A stretch of DNA of 62,260 nt from an uncultured Verrucomicrobiae bacterium. GTDB lineage: Bacteria; Verrucomicrobiota; Verrucomicrobiia; Opitutales; JABDGR01. The notes under the pieces are model-generated. The model made no database searches. It was not told where the DNA came from and worked only from the letters and a program-made list of their open reading frames with translations. This document shows, piece by piece, positions 1 to 11,400 of this stretch (position 1 is its first letter; every line of letters starts with the position of its first letter). The translations under genes and the position numbers were made by a program. Location of the stretch: assembly GCA_963765205.1 (NCBI GenBank), contig CAVXVB010000012.1, positions 1-62,260 on the forward strand. The letters run 5' to 3'.

Positions 1-1
1 C

Positions 2-3000
2 ACCACCGGCACCCCCGTTAATTTGAGCGCCGATTTGATTTTCACGGGCAGCAACGACCTGAACCTCGGCACCGGCGCGGTGTTGATCTCGAACCTCAAT
101 AATGGCGGCAGCGATGTGAACATCACGGTGTTGAACGGCAACCTGATTTTTGGCGGGCAGGTTTACGACGAAGGCAATAACAACGACTTGAACAAGCTTG
201 GCGCCGGCGCCCTCGTTTTGACCAATAGCAGCCCGGCCTACGGCGGCGGCACCAACGTTGAACAAGGCAGCCTCGTCCTTGCCGCCAATGAAAGCATTGC
301 CGACACGGATGTCAATTTGGGCGATGGCAATGGCAACAGTGGCGCCTTGGTGCTGGGCAACGCGACTTCGGGCGCGGTGACCCAAACCCTGCAAGGCATC
401 GCCATCAATTCCAACTCCGGCACGACGAACGCGATTGTCGGCGGCAACGCCAGCAACTCCTTGTTGCGGATTTTCGTTCCGGCGGGCACTCCCACCGAAT
501 ACGACGGCTATTTGGGCGCGGGCGCCGGCAATGCCGGCAACGTTCCCGCCAACGCGCTGACGCTGGAAGTTCGCACCGGGAACGGCAGCAATCTGTATCT
601 GACCGGCAACAACACTTATCTCGGCGGCACCAATCTCGACGTTGGCACCCTGCAAATCAGCCAGGCCACCAGCCTCGGCGCCGACACGGGCACGGCCGCG
701 ACGGAACTGTTGCTTGGTAACGGCACTGCTTCGGCGGCTATTCTCGAAGCCGTGGATTCAATCACCACCAACCGTTGGATCGTTCTTAATAGCACCAGCG
801 CGGGCAGTTCGATTGACGTGGACAGCGGCGAGACGCTGGTTTTGGGCGCGAACTCCGCCCTCTTGAATGGCGGCAACACTGCTTTTGCCCTGAACAAATC
901 CGGCGCCGGCCTGCTCCAACTCGCGGGCACAACCGCCAACTACACCTACTCGAACAGCACCTACGCGGCGGCCACGAACGTCCAGGCCGGCACCTTGCAG
1001 TTGGGCGCGAATGACCTCGTACCCATCACCTCGAATTTGAACGTCTCCACTGGAGCGACCTTTGACCTGAACGGCTTCCATGACCACATCGCCAACCTCT
1101 TCGGCGCGGGCAATGTGACGCTCGGCTCCAGCTTCCTCGCCACCGGCTTCGGCAACGTCTCGGCTACTTTCTCGGGCGTCGTCTCGGGCGCGGGCAACCT
1201 CAGCAAGTTCGGCACGGCCAGCTTTACTCTCGCTGGCGCCAATACCTTCACCGGCAACATGAACGTCAATTTCGGCACCTTGGTCGTGGCCAACAGCCTG
1301 GCCCTCCAAAACAGCACTGTGAACGACAACGCCAGTCTCAGTTTTAATTCCTCAATTTCGAACGCGACCTTTGGCGCGCTGGCTGGCGCATCCGACTTCG
1401 CGCTGCAGAACACGACCCCCGGCGCCGTTGCCCTGTCGGTGGGCAATAATGGATCAAACACCACCTATTCCGGCAATCTTTCCGGCCTCGGCTCCTTGAT
1501 CAAAATTGGCGCGGGCACGCAGACTCTGGCGGGCAATGCCACTTACACAGGGAACACGACGATCAGTGGCGGCACGCTTCTCTATACCGGCAGCCTCGCC
1601 GGTTACACCGGCAACATCGTGGACAATGCCGATCTCGGCTTCGAGCAGACTTTCGCCGACACCTACAGCGGCAATATTTCCGGCTCCGGCAACGTCACCC
1701 AAAGCGGCTCGTCCATCCTCACCCTCAATGGCACCAACACCTACATCGGTAACACCTCTATAGATGGCGGAACCTTGCTGCTCGACGGCGGCGTAATCTC
1801 TGCCACGGATGCCCTTCAGCTCGGATTGCTCGCGTGCAACACCGGCTCCCTCACCATCGACGACGGCGGGAGTCTCACCGCCAACACCGGCGATCTCGGC
1901 GTCGTTCATCATGCCGACGGCGACTTGACGGTGGACGACGCCACGGCCCTGTTCAACGACTACCTTACGGTCGGCGACAGCGGCAAGGGTTTCCTGACCA
2001 TTCAAAACGGCGGCAGTGTCAACGTCGCCGGCGCGAACGCGACCTCCGGCTTTGGCGCGACCATCGGCCTGAACAGCCATTCCTTTGGCGATGTGACTGT
2101 CACTGGCTTTGGTTCTGCCTTGACTCTCAACGCCACGGCCGGCGCGTTGGTGGTGGGCGACAGCGGCGCGGGCAAACTGAACATTTTCGGCGGCGGTCTC
2201 GTGAACGCCAACGGCACCGTCAATGATCCTAATGCCCCCGATGCCGATGGCGCCTACGCCGTCTATGTGGGCTACGATGCATTCGGCGAAATCAATGTCT
2301 CGGATCCAATCTCCTTGGCCTCGACCTTGAACGTCAACAATGGCGCGATGATCGTCGGCGACAACGACCACGGCGTGCTGAACATTTCCAACGGCGGCGT
2401 GGTCAACGTCAACGGCGTGGATTCTTATAACGACGCCCTCTTCCTTGGTCTTAATTCCGGGGCCAGCGGCAACGTCATGGTCTCCGACAGCAATTCGACG
2501 TTGAACATTGCCGGCAGCCTCTTTGTTGGCTGGCTTGGCAATGCCACCCTGACGATTGCCAACGGCGGCACCGTTAATTCCAACCCGGCGGCTGCGGGCG
2601 CGTCGCTCAGTTCCATTGGGGCGTTCGACACCGGCACGGTCACAGTGCAAGACTCGGGTTCGGCTTGGAACATCAATAACGGCTACCTGCAAGTTGGCGA
2701 TCTTGGCTCGGGCACACTGAACATTCTCAACGGCGGCGTGGTCAACAGCACCTTCAGCGATGGCGCCAATGCCGCCTACATCGGCTTCCAAGACGGCAGC
2801 AGCGGCAACGTGACCGTCTCCGGGGCGGGTTCCACCTGGAACATCAGCAACGGCGGCCTCGTCATTGGTGACAGCGGCACAGGCTGCCTGACCATTTCCA
2901 ACGGCGGCAATGTCACCAGCGGAACCGGCATTGTGGGCAACCAAACGACCGGCATGGGCACCGTGTTGCTGACCGACGTTAATTCGACGTGGAACCTTGG

Positions 3001-5470
3001 TGCGAGCGACCTTTACGTCGGCTACAACGGTGCGGGCAGCCTGACCATTGCCAATGGAGCTTATCTTCATGCCAACGGCAGCGATGGCAACGATGTCGGC
3101 GTCTATGTGGGCTACGGTGCGAACTCCACGGGCAATCTGACCGTCACGGATCCAGGCGCGCAATCGAATATGTTTGTGACGGAGGGCGTGCTGGCCGTGG
3201 GCTACAGTGGTGCGGGCAGCCTGACCATCGCCAACGGGGCTTATGTCAACACCGAGTTCTCGGACAACAATGGTGTCGGTGTTTATCTCGGTTACAACAC
3301 GAACTCCACGGGTAATCTGACGGTCACGGATGCCTATGCGGAAGATCAATCGCGTTTGACCGTGGCCAACGGCGCCCTCGTGGTGGGTTACAATGGCACG
3401 GGCAATGCGACCATCGCCAACGGGGGGCTGGTCTCGGCTTTGAGCAGCGACTCCAACGGCGTCGGAGTCTACCTCGGCTACAATGCGGGCGGCGTCGGCA
3501 ATTTGACCGTCACGGACGTTGAGCCCAATTCCGGCGACCAATCGGAATTGTATGCGAAAAATGCCCTCGTGGTCGGCGGTAATGGCACCGGCAGCCTGAC
3601 CATCGCCAACGGCGGTTATGTCAACGCCGCGGGTCTTGACGGCAACGGCCTGGGTCTTTATCTCGCCTCCGGCGTCGGTTCCATCGGCAATTTGACCGTT
3701 TCCGATGTCTATTCCTCCAACACTTACTGCAACCCAATCGAGTTGGCCTCGCAATTGTCGGTGCCCAACGGCGCGACGGCCGTGGGTTACAGTGGCACGG
3801 GCAGCCTGCTGATTGCCAATGGCGGCTACGCCAACCTTTCGGGCAATGACGGCCAGGGCAGCCCCAACGTCAACCTTTATATAGGCTACGTCGAGGGTGC
3901 CGTTGGCAATGTGACGGTTACCGGGGTGGAACCCAATTCCGGCGATCAATCTGAGCTGTATTCCTCGAACGGCGCGATTGTGGCCGGCTTTGAAGGCGTG
4001 GGCAGCCTGACCGTGGCCAATGGAGCCTATGTTAGCTCAACCGGCGTGGACGGCAGCAACATCGGCCTCTACATTGGCGAAAATCCCTCCGCCGCCGGCA
4101 GTTCCGTGCTGGTGACTGGTTACAACACGGGTGATGAAACCCCGTCCGAGTTCGATGTCACGGGTGGCGCGGTGCAGGTGGGCTATTTCGGCAATGGCAG
4201 CTTGAGCGTCGCCAATGGCGGGTATTTCAACTCGACCGGCAATGATGGCACCGGCGTGGGCATGTATGTCGGCAATGTCAACGGCGTGACGGGCACCGTC
4301 TCCGTGGACGGTTCCGCTTCGGGTTACGCGTCGAACCTGTCGGTATCCGGCGGCGCGATCATCGCGGGGGTGGATGGAACCGGCGTCATTACGGTCACCA
4401 ACGGGGGCTATTTGGATGCTTCCGGCGCTGATGGCAATGGCATCGGCCTTTATCTCGGCCTCAATGCCGACGGCACGGGCAGCCTGTCCGTGGATGGCAA
4501 TTCCAGCGAAGCCGATATCACTGGCGGGGCGCTCGCGGTTGGCTACTACGGCGCGGGCAATCTGAGCATCACCAACGGCGGCACCGTGTATGCCGAGAGC
4601 AGCAGCAATAACAATTTAGGCGCGGTGATTGGCTGGCACGGCACCTCCTCGGGCAACGCCCTGGTCTCCGATGAGGGGTCGCAACTCATCGTCAACGGCG
4701 GCGCGCTCGTCGTGGGCAATTGGGGTCCGGGCAATCTCACCTTGGCCAACGCGGGCAGCGTCACCGCCGGCGGCTACGATGACAACACGGGTGTGGGCCT
4801 CTATATTGGCCGCGGCGACAACGGCGTGGGCAATTTAACGGTGAAAGATATTTTTCTGGACGTGGTGAACTTTATCAATCCCACGCTCCTCCAGTCCTCG
4901 CTCACGGTTGATGACGGCTCGCTGGCGGTGGGCTACGACGGCACGGGCACCCTGTCCATTGCCAACGGCGGCAATGTTTCGGTCACCGGCACCGACTACA
5001 ATGACTTTGGGGCCGTCATCGGCTATGACTCCGGTTCCACCGGCACGGTGACCGTCAGTGATGTCCTTCCGGGCACTGGCATATCCGATGTTCCGTCGCA
5101 ATTGACGGTGGGCGACGGCGCGCTGGTCGTGGGTTACAACGGCAATGGCACGCTGTCGCTGGCCAACGGCGGCGGTGTGTCCGCCAACGGCACCGATGAC
5201 AACGGCGTCGGCCTCTATGTCGGCTACGGCGCGAATTCGACCGGCAGCGTGACGGTCACCGGCGTCGCTCCTGTTTTGGATTATGCCTCGGATTTGTTTG
5301 TGTTTGGCGGCTCCACGGCTGTGGGCTACAATGGCGCCGGAACCTTGACGCTCGCCAACGGCGGCCAGGCGTCTTTCTACGGCTACAAGGACCCCAACGG
5401 CATCAGCCTTTATATCGGCTCCGGCGCGAATTCAACCGGCACGGTGACGGTCACCGACGTTCGAGCCTAA
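2..5470 (+). CDS. Giant beta-repeat surface protein, N-terminal segment (5'-partial; autotransporter-associated beta-strand and T5SS/PEP-CTERM-associated repeats)
   Basis: Frame is open to the window edge. G/N/T/S/V-rich, with LxKxGxGTLxLxGxNTYxGxT and VGxxGxGxLTIxNGG repeats. Ends at a stop created by a +1 base near 5462. Confidence 0.85.
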   Translation, partial: TTGTPVNLSADLIFTGSNDLNLGTGAVLISNLNNGGSDVNITVLNGNLIFGGQVYDEGNNNDLNKLGAGALVLTNSSPAYGGGTNVEQGSLVLAANESIADTDVNLGDGNGNSGALVLGNATSGAVTQTLQGIAINSNSGTTNAIVGGNASNSLLRIFVPAGTPTEYDGYLGAGAGNAGNVPANALTLEVRTGNGSNLYLTGNNTYLGGTNLDVGTLQISQATSLGADTGTAATELLLGNGTASAAILEAVDSITTNRWIVLNSTSAGSSIDVDSGETLVLGANSALLNGGNTAFALNKSGAGLLQLAGTTANYTYSNSTYAAATNVQAGTLQLGANDLVPITSNLNVSTGATFDLNGFHDHIANLFGAGNVTLGSSFLATGFGNVSATFSGVVSGAGNLSKFGTASFTLAGANTFTGNMNVNFGTLVVANSLALQNSTVNDNASLSFNSSISNATFGALAGASDFALQNTTPGAVALSVGNNGSNTTYSGNLSGLGSLIKIGAGTQTLAGNATYTGNTTISGGTLLYTGSLAGYTGNIVDNADLGFEQTFADTYSGNISGSGNVTQSGSSILTLNGTNTYIGNTSIDGGTLLLDGGVISATDALQLGLLACNTGSLTIDDGGSLTANTGDLGVVHHADGDLTVDDATALFNDYLTVGDSGKGFLTIQNGGSVNVAGANATSGFGATIGLNSHSFGDVTVTGFGSALTLNATAGALVVGDSGAGKLNIFGGGLVNANGTVNDPNAPDADGAYAVYVGYDAFGEINVSDPISLASTLNVNNGAMIVGDNDHGVLNISNGGVVNVNGVDSYNDALFLGLNSGASGNVMVSDSNSTLNIAGSLFVGWLGNATLTIANGGTVNSNPAAAGASLSSIGAFDTGTVTVQDSGSAWNINNGYLQVGDLGSGTLNILNGGVVNSTFSDGANAAYIGFQDGSSGNVTVSGAGSTWNISNGGLVIGDSGTGCLTISNGGNVTSGTGIVGNQTTGMGTVLLTDVNSTWNLGASDLYVGYNGAGSLTIANGAYLHANGSDGNDVGVYVGYGANSTGNLTVTDPGAQSNMFVTEGVLAVGYSGAGSLTIANGAYVNTEFSDNNGVGVYLGYNTNSTGNLTVTDAYAEDQSRLTVANGALVVGYNGTGNATIANGGLVSALSSDSNGVGVYLGYNAGGVGNLTVTDVEPNSGDQSELYAKNALVVGGNGTGSLTIANGGYVNAAGLDGNGLGLYLASGVGSIGNLTVSDVYSSNTYCNPIELASQLSVPNGATAVGYSGTGSLLIANGGYANLSGNDGQGSPNVNLYIGYVEGAVGNVTVTGVEPNSGDQSELYSSNGAIVAGFEGVGSLTVANGAYVSSTGVDGSNIGLYIGENPSAAGSSVLVTGYNTGDETPSEFDVTGGAVQVGYFGNGSLSVANGGYFNSTGNDGTGVGMYVGNVNGVTGTVSVDGSASGYASNLSVSGGAIIAGVDGTGVITVTNGGYLDASGADGNGIGLYLGLNADGTGSLSVDGNSSEADITGGALAVGYYGAGNLSITNGGTVYAESSSNNNLGAVIGWHGTSSGNALVSDEGSQLIVNGGALVVGNWGPGNLTLANAGSVTAGGYDDNTGVGLYIGRGDNGVGNLTVKDIFLDVVNFINPTLLQSSLTVDDGSLAVGYDGTGTLSIANGGNVSVTGTDYNDFGAVIGYDSGSTGTVTVSDVLPGTGISDVPSQLTVGDGALVVGYNGNGTLSLANGGGVSANGTDDNGVGLYVGYGANSTGSVTVTGVAPVLDYASDLFVFGGSTAVGYNGAGTLTLANGGQASFYGYKDPNGISLYIGSGANSTGTVTVTDVRA

Positions 5471-8400
5471 TTCGGGTGATGGCTCTGAGTTGCATGTGTT
5501 TGACGATGCGACGGCCGTGGGCTACAACGGCAACGGCACGCTCACCATTGCCAACGGCGGCGAGGCGGAAATCGCCGGCCACGACGACAACGGCATCAGC
5601 CTCTATGTCGGCTACGGCGCGAACGCGACCGGCAACGTGACGGTGACGGACGTTGAGCCGAATTCGGGTGATGCGTCGCAGATGTTTGTATCCCACGGCG
5701 GCTTGGCGGTGGGCTACAACGGCGTCGGCGGTTTAACGATTGCCAATGGCGGTGAGGTAAATATCGAGGCCTACGACAACAACCACATCAGCCTTTATGA
5801 TGGTTATGGCGTCAATTCGACGGGCAACGTGTCGGTTACCGGAGTTGAGCCTGTTTCGGGTGACGCATCTGAGTTGAACGTGTTTTTCGGCGCCACGGTG
5901 GTCGGTTACAATGGCGCCGGCAATTTGAACGTCACCAACGGCGGCTCTGTTTACGCCGATGGCGAGAACAGCCGCGACGTGACCCTCTACGTGGGCCGCG
6001 AGAGCGACGGCGTCGGCAATGTCCTCATTGACGGCCTGGGTTCCAATTTGGATGTCGAGAACGGCACGGCGGTCATCGGCTCTTATGGCGCCGGCTACCT
6101 AACCCTTACCAACGGTGGCAGCCTGACCACCAACGGCACGGACGGCAGCGGCGTCACCGCCTATCTCGGCTACCACGGCGGCTCCCTCGGCTCGGCGAAC
6201 ATCAGCGGCACTTACGGAAACACTTCGACTTGGACCATCACCAACGGCTCCTTGGTCATCGGTGATCACGGCGAGGGTGACATTTCCGTCGGCTATGCGG
6301 GTTCGCTCCAGTCCTACGGCAACAACAGTGGCGACGGCCTGGTCATGGGCGAGCACGGCGGCGGCAACGGCACCCTCACGGTTGACGGCCAATACGCCAT
6401 CGCCAGTTTTGACAACACCGCGATTATCGGCAACTGGGGCACCGGCACGGTGAATATTGACGGCAGCGGCGACATCAATCTGTCTGGCAATGACGCCAAC
6501 AACGTCGCCGCGTATCTCGGCTATCAAAGATACGGCACCGGCACGCTCGACATTGTCGGCATCGGCGTCGGCGGCGAACCGGGCATCAACGACTCGGGCC
6601 TCAACGTCAACAACGGCGCGCTCGTGGTCGGCTACAACGGCACGGGCAACCTGACGGTTTCGAACGGCGGCAACCTCAGCGCGCTCGGCACCGACGGCAA
6701 CGTCGCCGTGTATTTTGGTTATAACTCGCATGGCTCGGGCACGGGCCTGATCACCGACCAGAATACGACCTTCATTGCCAACAACGGCTCGGTCGTCGTG
6801 GGCAATGCGGGCACGGGCAGCCTCACCATCGCGAATGGCGCCGTCTCCACCCTCTCAGGTTTTGACATTAATAATACCTCGCTCATCCTCGGCAATGAGC
6901 ACGGTGGCGGCGGCAATGTGACTGTCACCGGCGCCAACTCGACTTTGCTCGTCGGCGATGGCCCGCAAACCGGTGCCGGCCTGCTGGTCATCGGCAACTA
7001 CGGCAGCGGCACCTTGACTGTTTCCAACGGCGGCAATGTGACCCAAAGCGGCTCCGACGGCCTCGGCAATTTCTCCGTGGTGCTCGGTCAAAACTGGTGC
7101 TCCAACGGGACGCTGGCCATTGACGGCTCGACCAACGGCACCGCTTCTTCTTTTAATGTGTCTGACTACTGGGACGCCATCGCGGTCGGCGAAAACGGCA
7201 CGGGCGGCATTACGATTACGAACGGCGGCATTCTCACCAGCAACGGTGCCGACCAGACCTACTATGAAGGCCTGTATCTCGGCGTCAATGCCGGTGCCAC
7301 CGGCACCGTGTCGGTGGATGGCTCGGGCGGCTCCTCCTCCCTGACGCTGCTGAATGGCGGCCTGGCGGTCGGTTTCAGCGGCCACGGCACCCTGAACATC
7401 ACCAACGGCGGCCTCGTCAGCGTGCAGGCGCCCGATGTCAACGGCTTTGGCGTGACGCTCGGCTATAACACCGGCTCGAACGGCAATGTCACGGTGGACG
7501 GCAATGGCTCGGTGCTCGACATCGAAATCCCTGGCAGCAATACCACCACCCCGGGTCTGGGTACCTCGGCCGGCTTGCTCGTGATTGGTGAAAACGGCAC
7601 CGGCAGCCTGACCATCAGCGATGACGGTTTGGTCACGGCTTTGGACGGCGTGCTGTTGGCCGACCAAACCGGTTCCTCGGGCAACCTGAACATCATCAAC
7701 GGCGGCACGCTCGAAGTTGGCAATATCTTTAACGATGGCAACGGCAGCTACAGTGTGTATATGGCTGGCAGCACCATTCGCGTGGTGGGCAGCGATCTGC
7801 TGGCCGATGTAAATATCTGGACCGGCTACAGCCTCACCAGTTACATTGACACCAACGGTTTCAACGCCACCTTCTCCGGCAACATTACCGGTGACGATCA
7901 GTTGGTGAAACTGGGCCTCGGCACCCTGACCTTCACCGGCGCGGACACTGATGAGGGCACCACCGTTGACGCCGGCACCTTGGTCGTGGACAACGGCACC
8001 CTCACTCACTCGGATTACGACTTGGTGGTCGCCGGTCAGGCCAACTCCACCGCCAATCTGACCATTCAGGACGGTGGCGTGGTCACGGCCGATGATCTGC
8101 TCGTTGGCACGCATTACCAGAGCGACGGTACGGTGGTGGTGGACGGTGCCAATTCGACTCTCACTCTTAACGACAACATAACCCTCGGCGGCTACCGCAG
8201 CCAGGGCAGCCTGACCATTCAAAACGGCGGCACGGTCACGGCTAATGATCTGCTCGTTGGCACCCATTACCAGAGCAACGGCACCGTGGTGGTGGACGGT
8301 GCCAATTCGACTCTCACTCTCAACGACAACATCACCCTCGGTGGCTACCGTGGCCAGGGCAGCCTGACCATTCAAAACGGTGGCGCGGTCACGACTGACG

Positions 8401-11400
8401 ATCTGCTGGTCGGCAGCCATTACAAGAGCAACGGCACCGTCGTCGTGGACGGCAATGCATCGGCCTTGGGCATTTATGACACGGCGACCATCGGCGGCTA
8501 CCGCAGCCGCGCCAGCCTGACCATCCAGAATGGCGGCAATGTTACGGTAGCCGATGATATTAACAACCAATTCGAGGTCGTCGTGGACGCCAGAGGCCGT
8601 CATTCCAGTGCCGAGCTTGCCGTCACCGGTATGGACAGCGGAAACAATTCTTCGCAGTTGACGATTGAAAACGGTGGCGCCCTTGTGGTCGGCGATGAAG
8701 GCCATGGCCTGCTCACCATTTCCAACGGCGGTCTGGTGACCGCCGATGGCGAGGATTCTAATGGCATTGGCGTTTACCTCGGTTACGACGAGCATTCCTT
8801 TGGCAAGGCGATTGTCTCCGGGGCCGGCGCGGGGGTGGCATCGGAGTTGGATGAGACCTCCGGCGCGCTGGTGGTCGGTTACAACGGCACGGGCAGCCTG
8901 GCTATCTCCAATGGGGGCTTGGTCAATGTCAGCAGCCCCACGCCCAACAGCCTTGACGTGTTTCTCGGCTATAACACGGACTCGTATGGCAAGATGATCG
9001 TCACCGACGATAACGGCGGCAATCAATCCCAATTGAGTGTGACCAGTGGCGCGCTGGTGGTGGGCTATAACGGCACGGGCAACCTGAGCGTTGAAAATGG
9101 CGGCTTGGTTTCCCTCACCAGCGCGGACAGCAACAACAACACCCTGTATATCGGTGACAATTTCGGCTCGACCGGCACCGTGAACGTGGACGGGGTTTAC
9201 GACGGCGTGGAATCCAACATCAGCTCGGAACTTGACGTCAATGGCGGCGCGCTCGTGGTTGGTTACGACGGCAACGGCACGCTCAATGTCACCAACGGCG
9301 GCTTCGTTGACGCCGAAGGCGGCAACAACTGGTCGCGCGGCCTGCTCGTCGGCTACAGCTTCTGCTCCACCGGCTCTGTCACCGTGGATGGCTCGGACGC
9401 CGCCTCCGGGATTGATTCCCAACTCACCGTCTCGAACGGCTCTGCGGTCTTCGGCTACAAAGGCGCGGGCTACCTGACGGTGTCCAACGGCGGGTATGTT
9501 ATCGCCGGCGGCGCGGACGACAACGACATCGGCCTTTACCTCGGCTACCACGGCAGCGCCACCGGCGTCGCCAACGTCACCGGCTATGATGGCAACGGCA
9601 ATTCCTCTGAATTGGATGTGAGCAACGGCGCGCTCGCCATCGGCTACTACGGCTCCGGCAGCCTGAACGTCAGCAACGGCGGCTATGTGGACGCTTACGG
9701 CGTCGGCGATAACGGGGTGTCCGTTTATCTCGGCGACAAACGCAATAGCTCCGGCAATTTGTCCATTGATGGCAATTCTTCGGAGTTGGATGTTTACGAT
9801 GGCGCCCTGGCGGTGGGCTACCGCGGCACGGGCAACGTGAGCATCACCAACGGCGGCGACCTCTATACGGATGGCACGGACAAGAGCGGCATTTCCGCCT
9901 ACCTCGGCGACCATGGCAGCGCGACCGGCGCCGTCACGGTGGACGATTCGGAGTGGGATGTTTACCGCGGCGCGCTGGCGGTGGGCTACCACGGCACCGG
10001 CAACCTGACCATCCAAAACGGCGGCTATTTGTATACGGTCGGCGCGGACGACAACGGTATCTCTGCTTACCTGGGCTACCATGGCAGCGCGACCGGCACG
10101 GCGACCGTGGATAATTCGGAGTGGGATGTCGAGAACGGCGCGCTGGCGGTCGGCTACCACGGCACCGGCACCCTGACCATTCAAAACGGCGGCTACGTGG
10201 ATGCCTATGGCGGGGACGACAATGGCATCGCCGCCTACCTTGGCTACCATGGCAGTTCGACCGGCACCGTCACGGTGGATAATTCAGAATGGGATGTCGA
10301 GAACGGCGCGCTGGCGGTCGGCTTCTATGGCACCGGCAACCTGACCATCCAAGACGGCGGCTATCTGGACACCTATGGCAAAGACAGCAGCAACGTCACC
10401 GCCTACATCGGCTACCATGGCTCCTCGAACAGCAGCGTTACCGTCACCGGCTCCTACTCGGGCGAGGAAGAGTATGCCTCGGAATGGGACATCGAAAATG
10501 GCTCCCTGGTCGTCGGCTACAATGGCGCGGGCACCCTGGCGATCGCCAACGGCGGTAACGTCAGCGCCTACGGTGCGGATGAAAGCGGCTATTCGATCTT
10601 GCTCGGCGACAATTCCTGCGCCTCCATCGGTGCCATCACCGTGGACGGCAATGGCTCGGTTCTCGATGTGGGCCGGCCTAATACGACAATCCTTGGTGGC
10701 CCCATTATCCGGAACGGTGGTCTCGAGGTGGGCTACAACGGCACGGGCAGCCTCAGCATCACCAACGGCGGCGCGGTCAACCTTTATGGTGTGGATGACA
10801 ACGGCAATGCGATCACCCTGGGCTATAACACCAACGCGTTCGGCAATGTGTCGGTGGACGGCCATGGGTCGGTCCTGAATGTCGGGTATAACGGGCACCC
10901 CATCGTGACCATCTCCACCATCTACCCGGTGGGTGGGGCGCTCGATATTGGCGACAACGGCACCGGCAACCTCAGCATTACCAACGGCGGCACGGTCAAT
11001 GTCTTGGGCGCCAATTCGGATTTCTTCCCGGTGGATACTGGCGACTACGCCGGTCTGGCGGTTATTCTCGGCGACAACACCAGCGCCACGGGTAACCTGA
11101 CGGTGTCCGGCTGGGGATCGGTCTTGAATGTGGGGGAACACATCATCGCGCCCCTCGGACCCGGTATCGTGCCGGCCATCCCGTTCTCTCGCAGCGGCGG
11201 TCTTGTGGTGGGCAACAGCGGCAACGGCACGCTCACCATCAACCACCATGGCACGGTCAATGTGTTTGGCGTTGATGAGAACGGCAACGCGGTCACCCTC
11301 GGCTATCATGGCGGCGCGAATGGCAATCTGACCGTGGACGGCTGGCATTCGTCCTTGAACATCAACGGGACCATTGTTTCGGAGCCGACCATCAGCGTGG

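Noticed and set aside
8058..10430. Diversity-generating retroelement template/variable repeats
   Set aside because: Repeats are in-frame tandem coding units without adenine-specific mismatches, and no reverse transcriptase is present.
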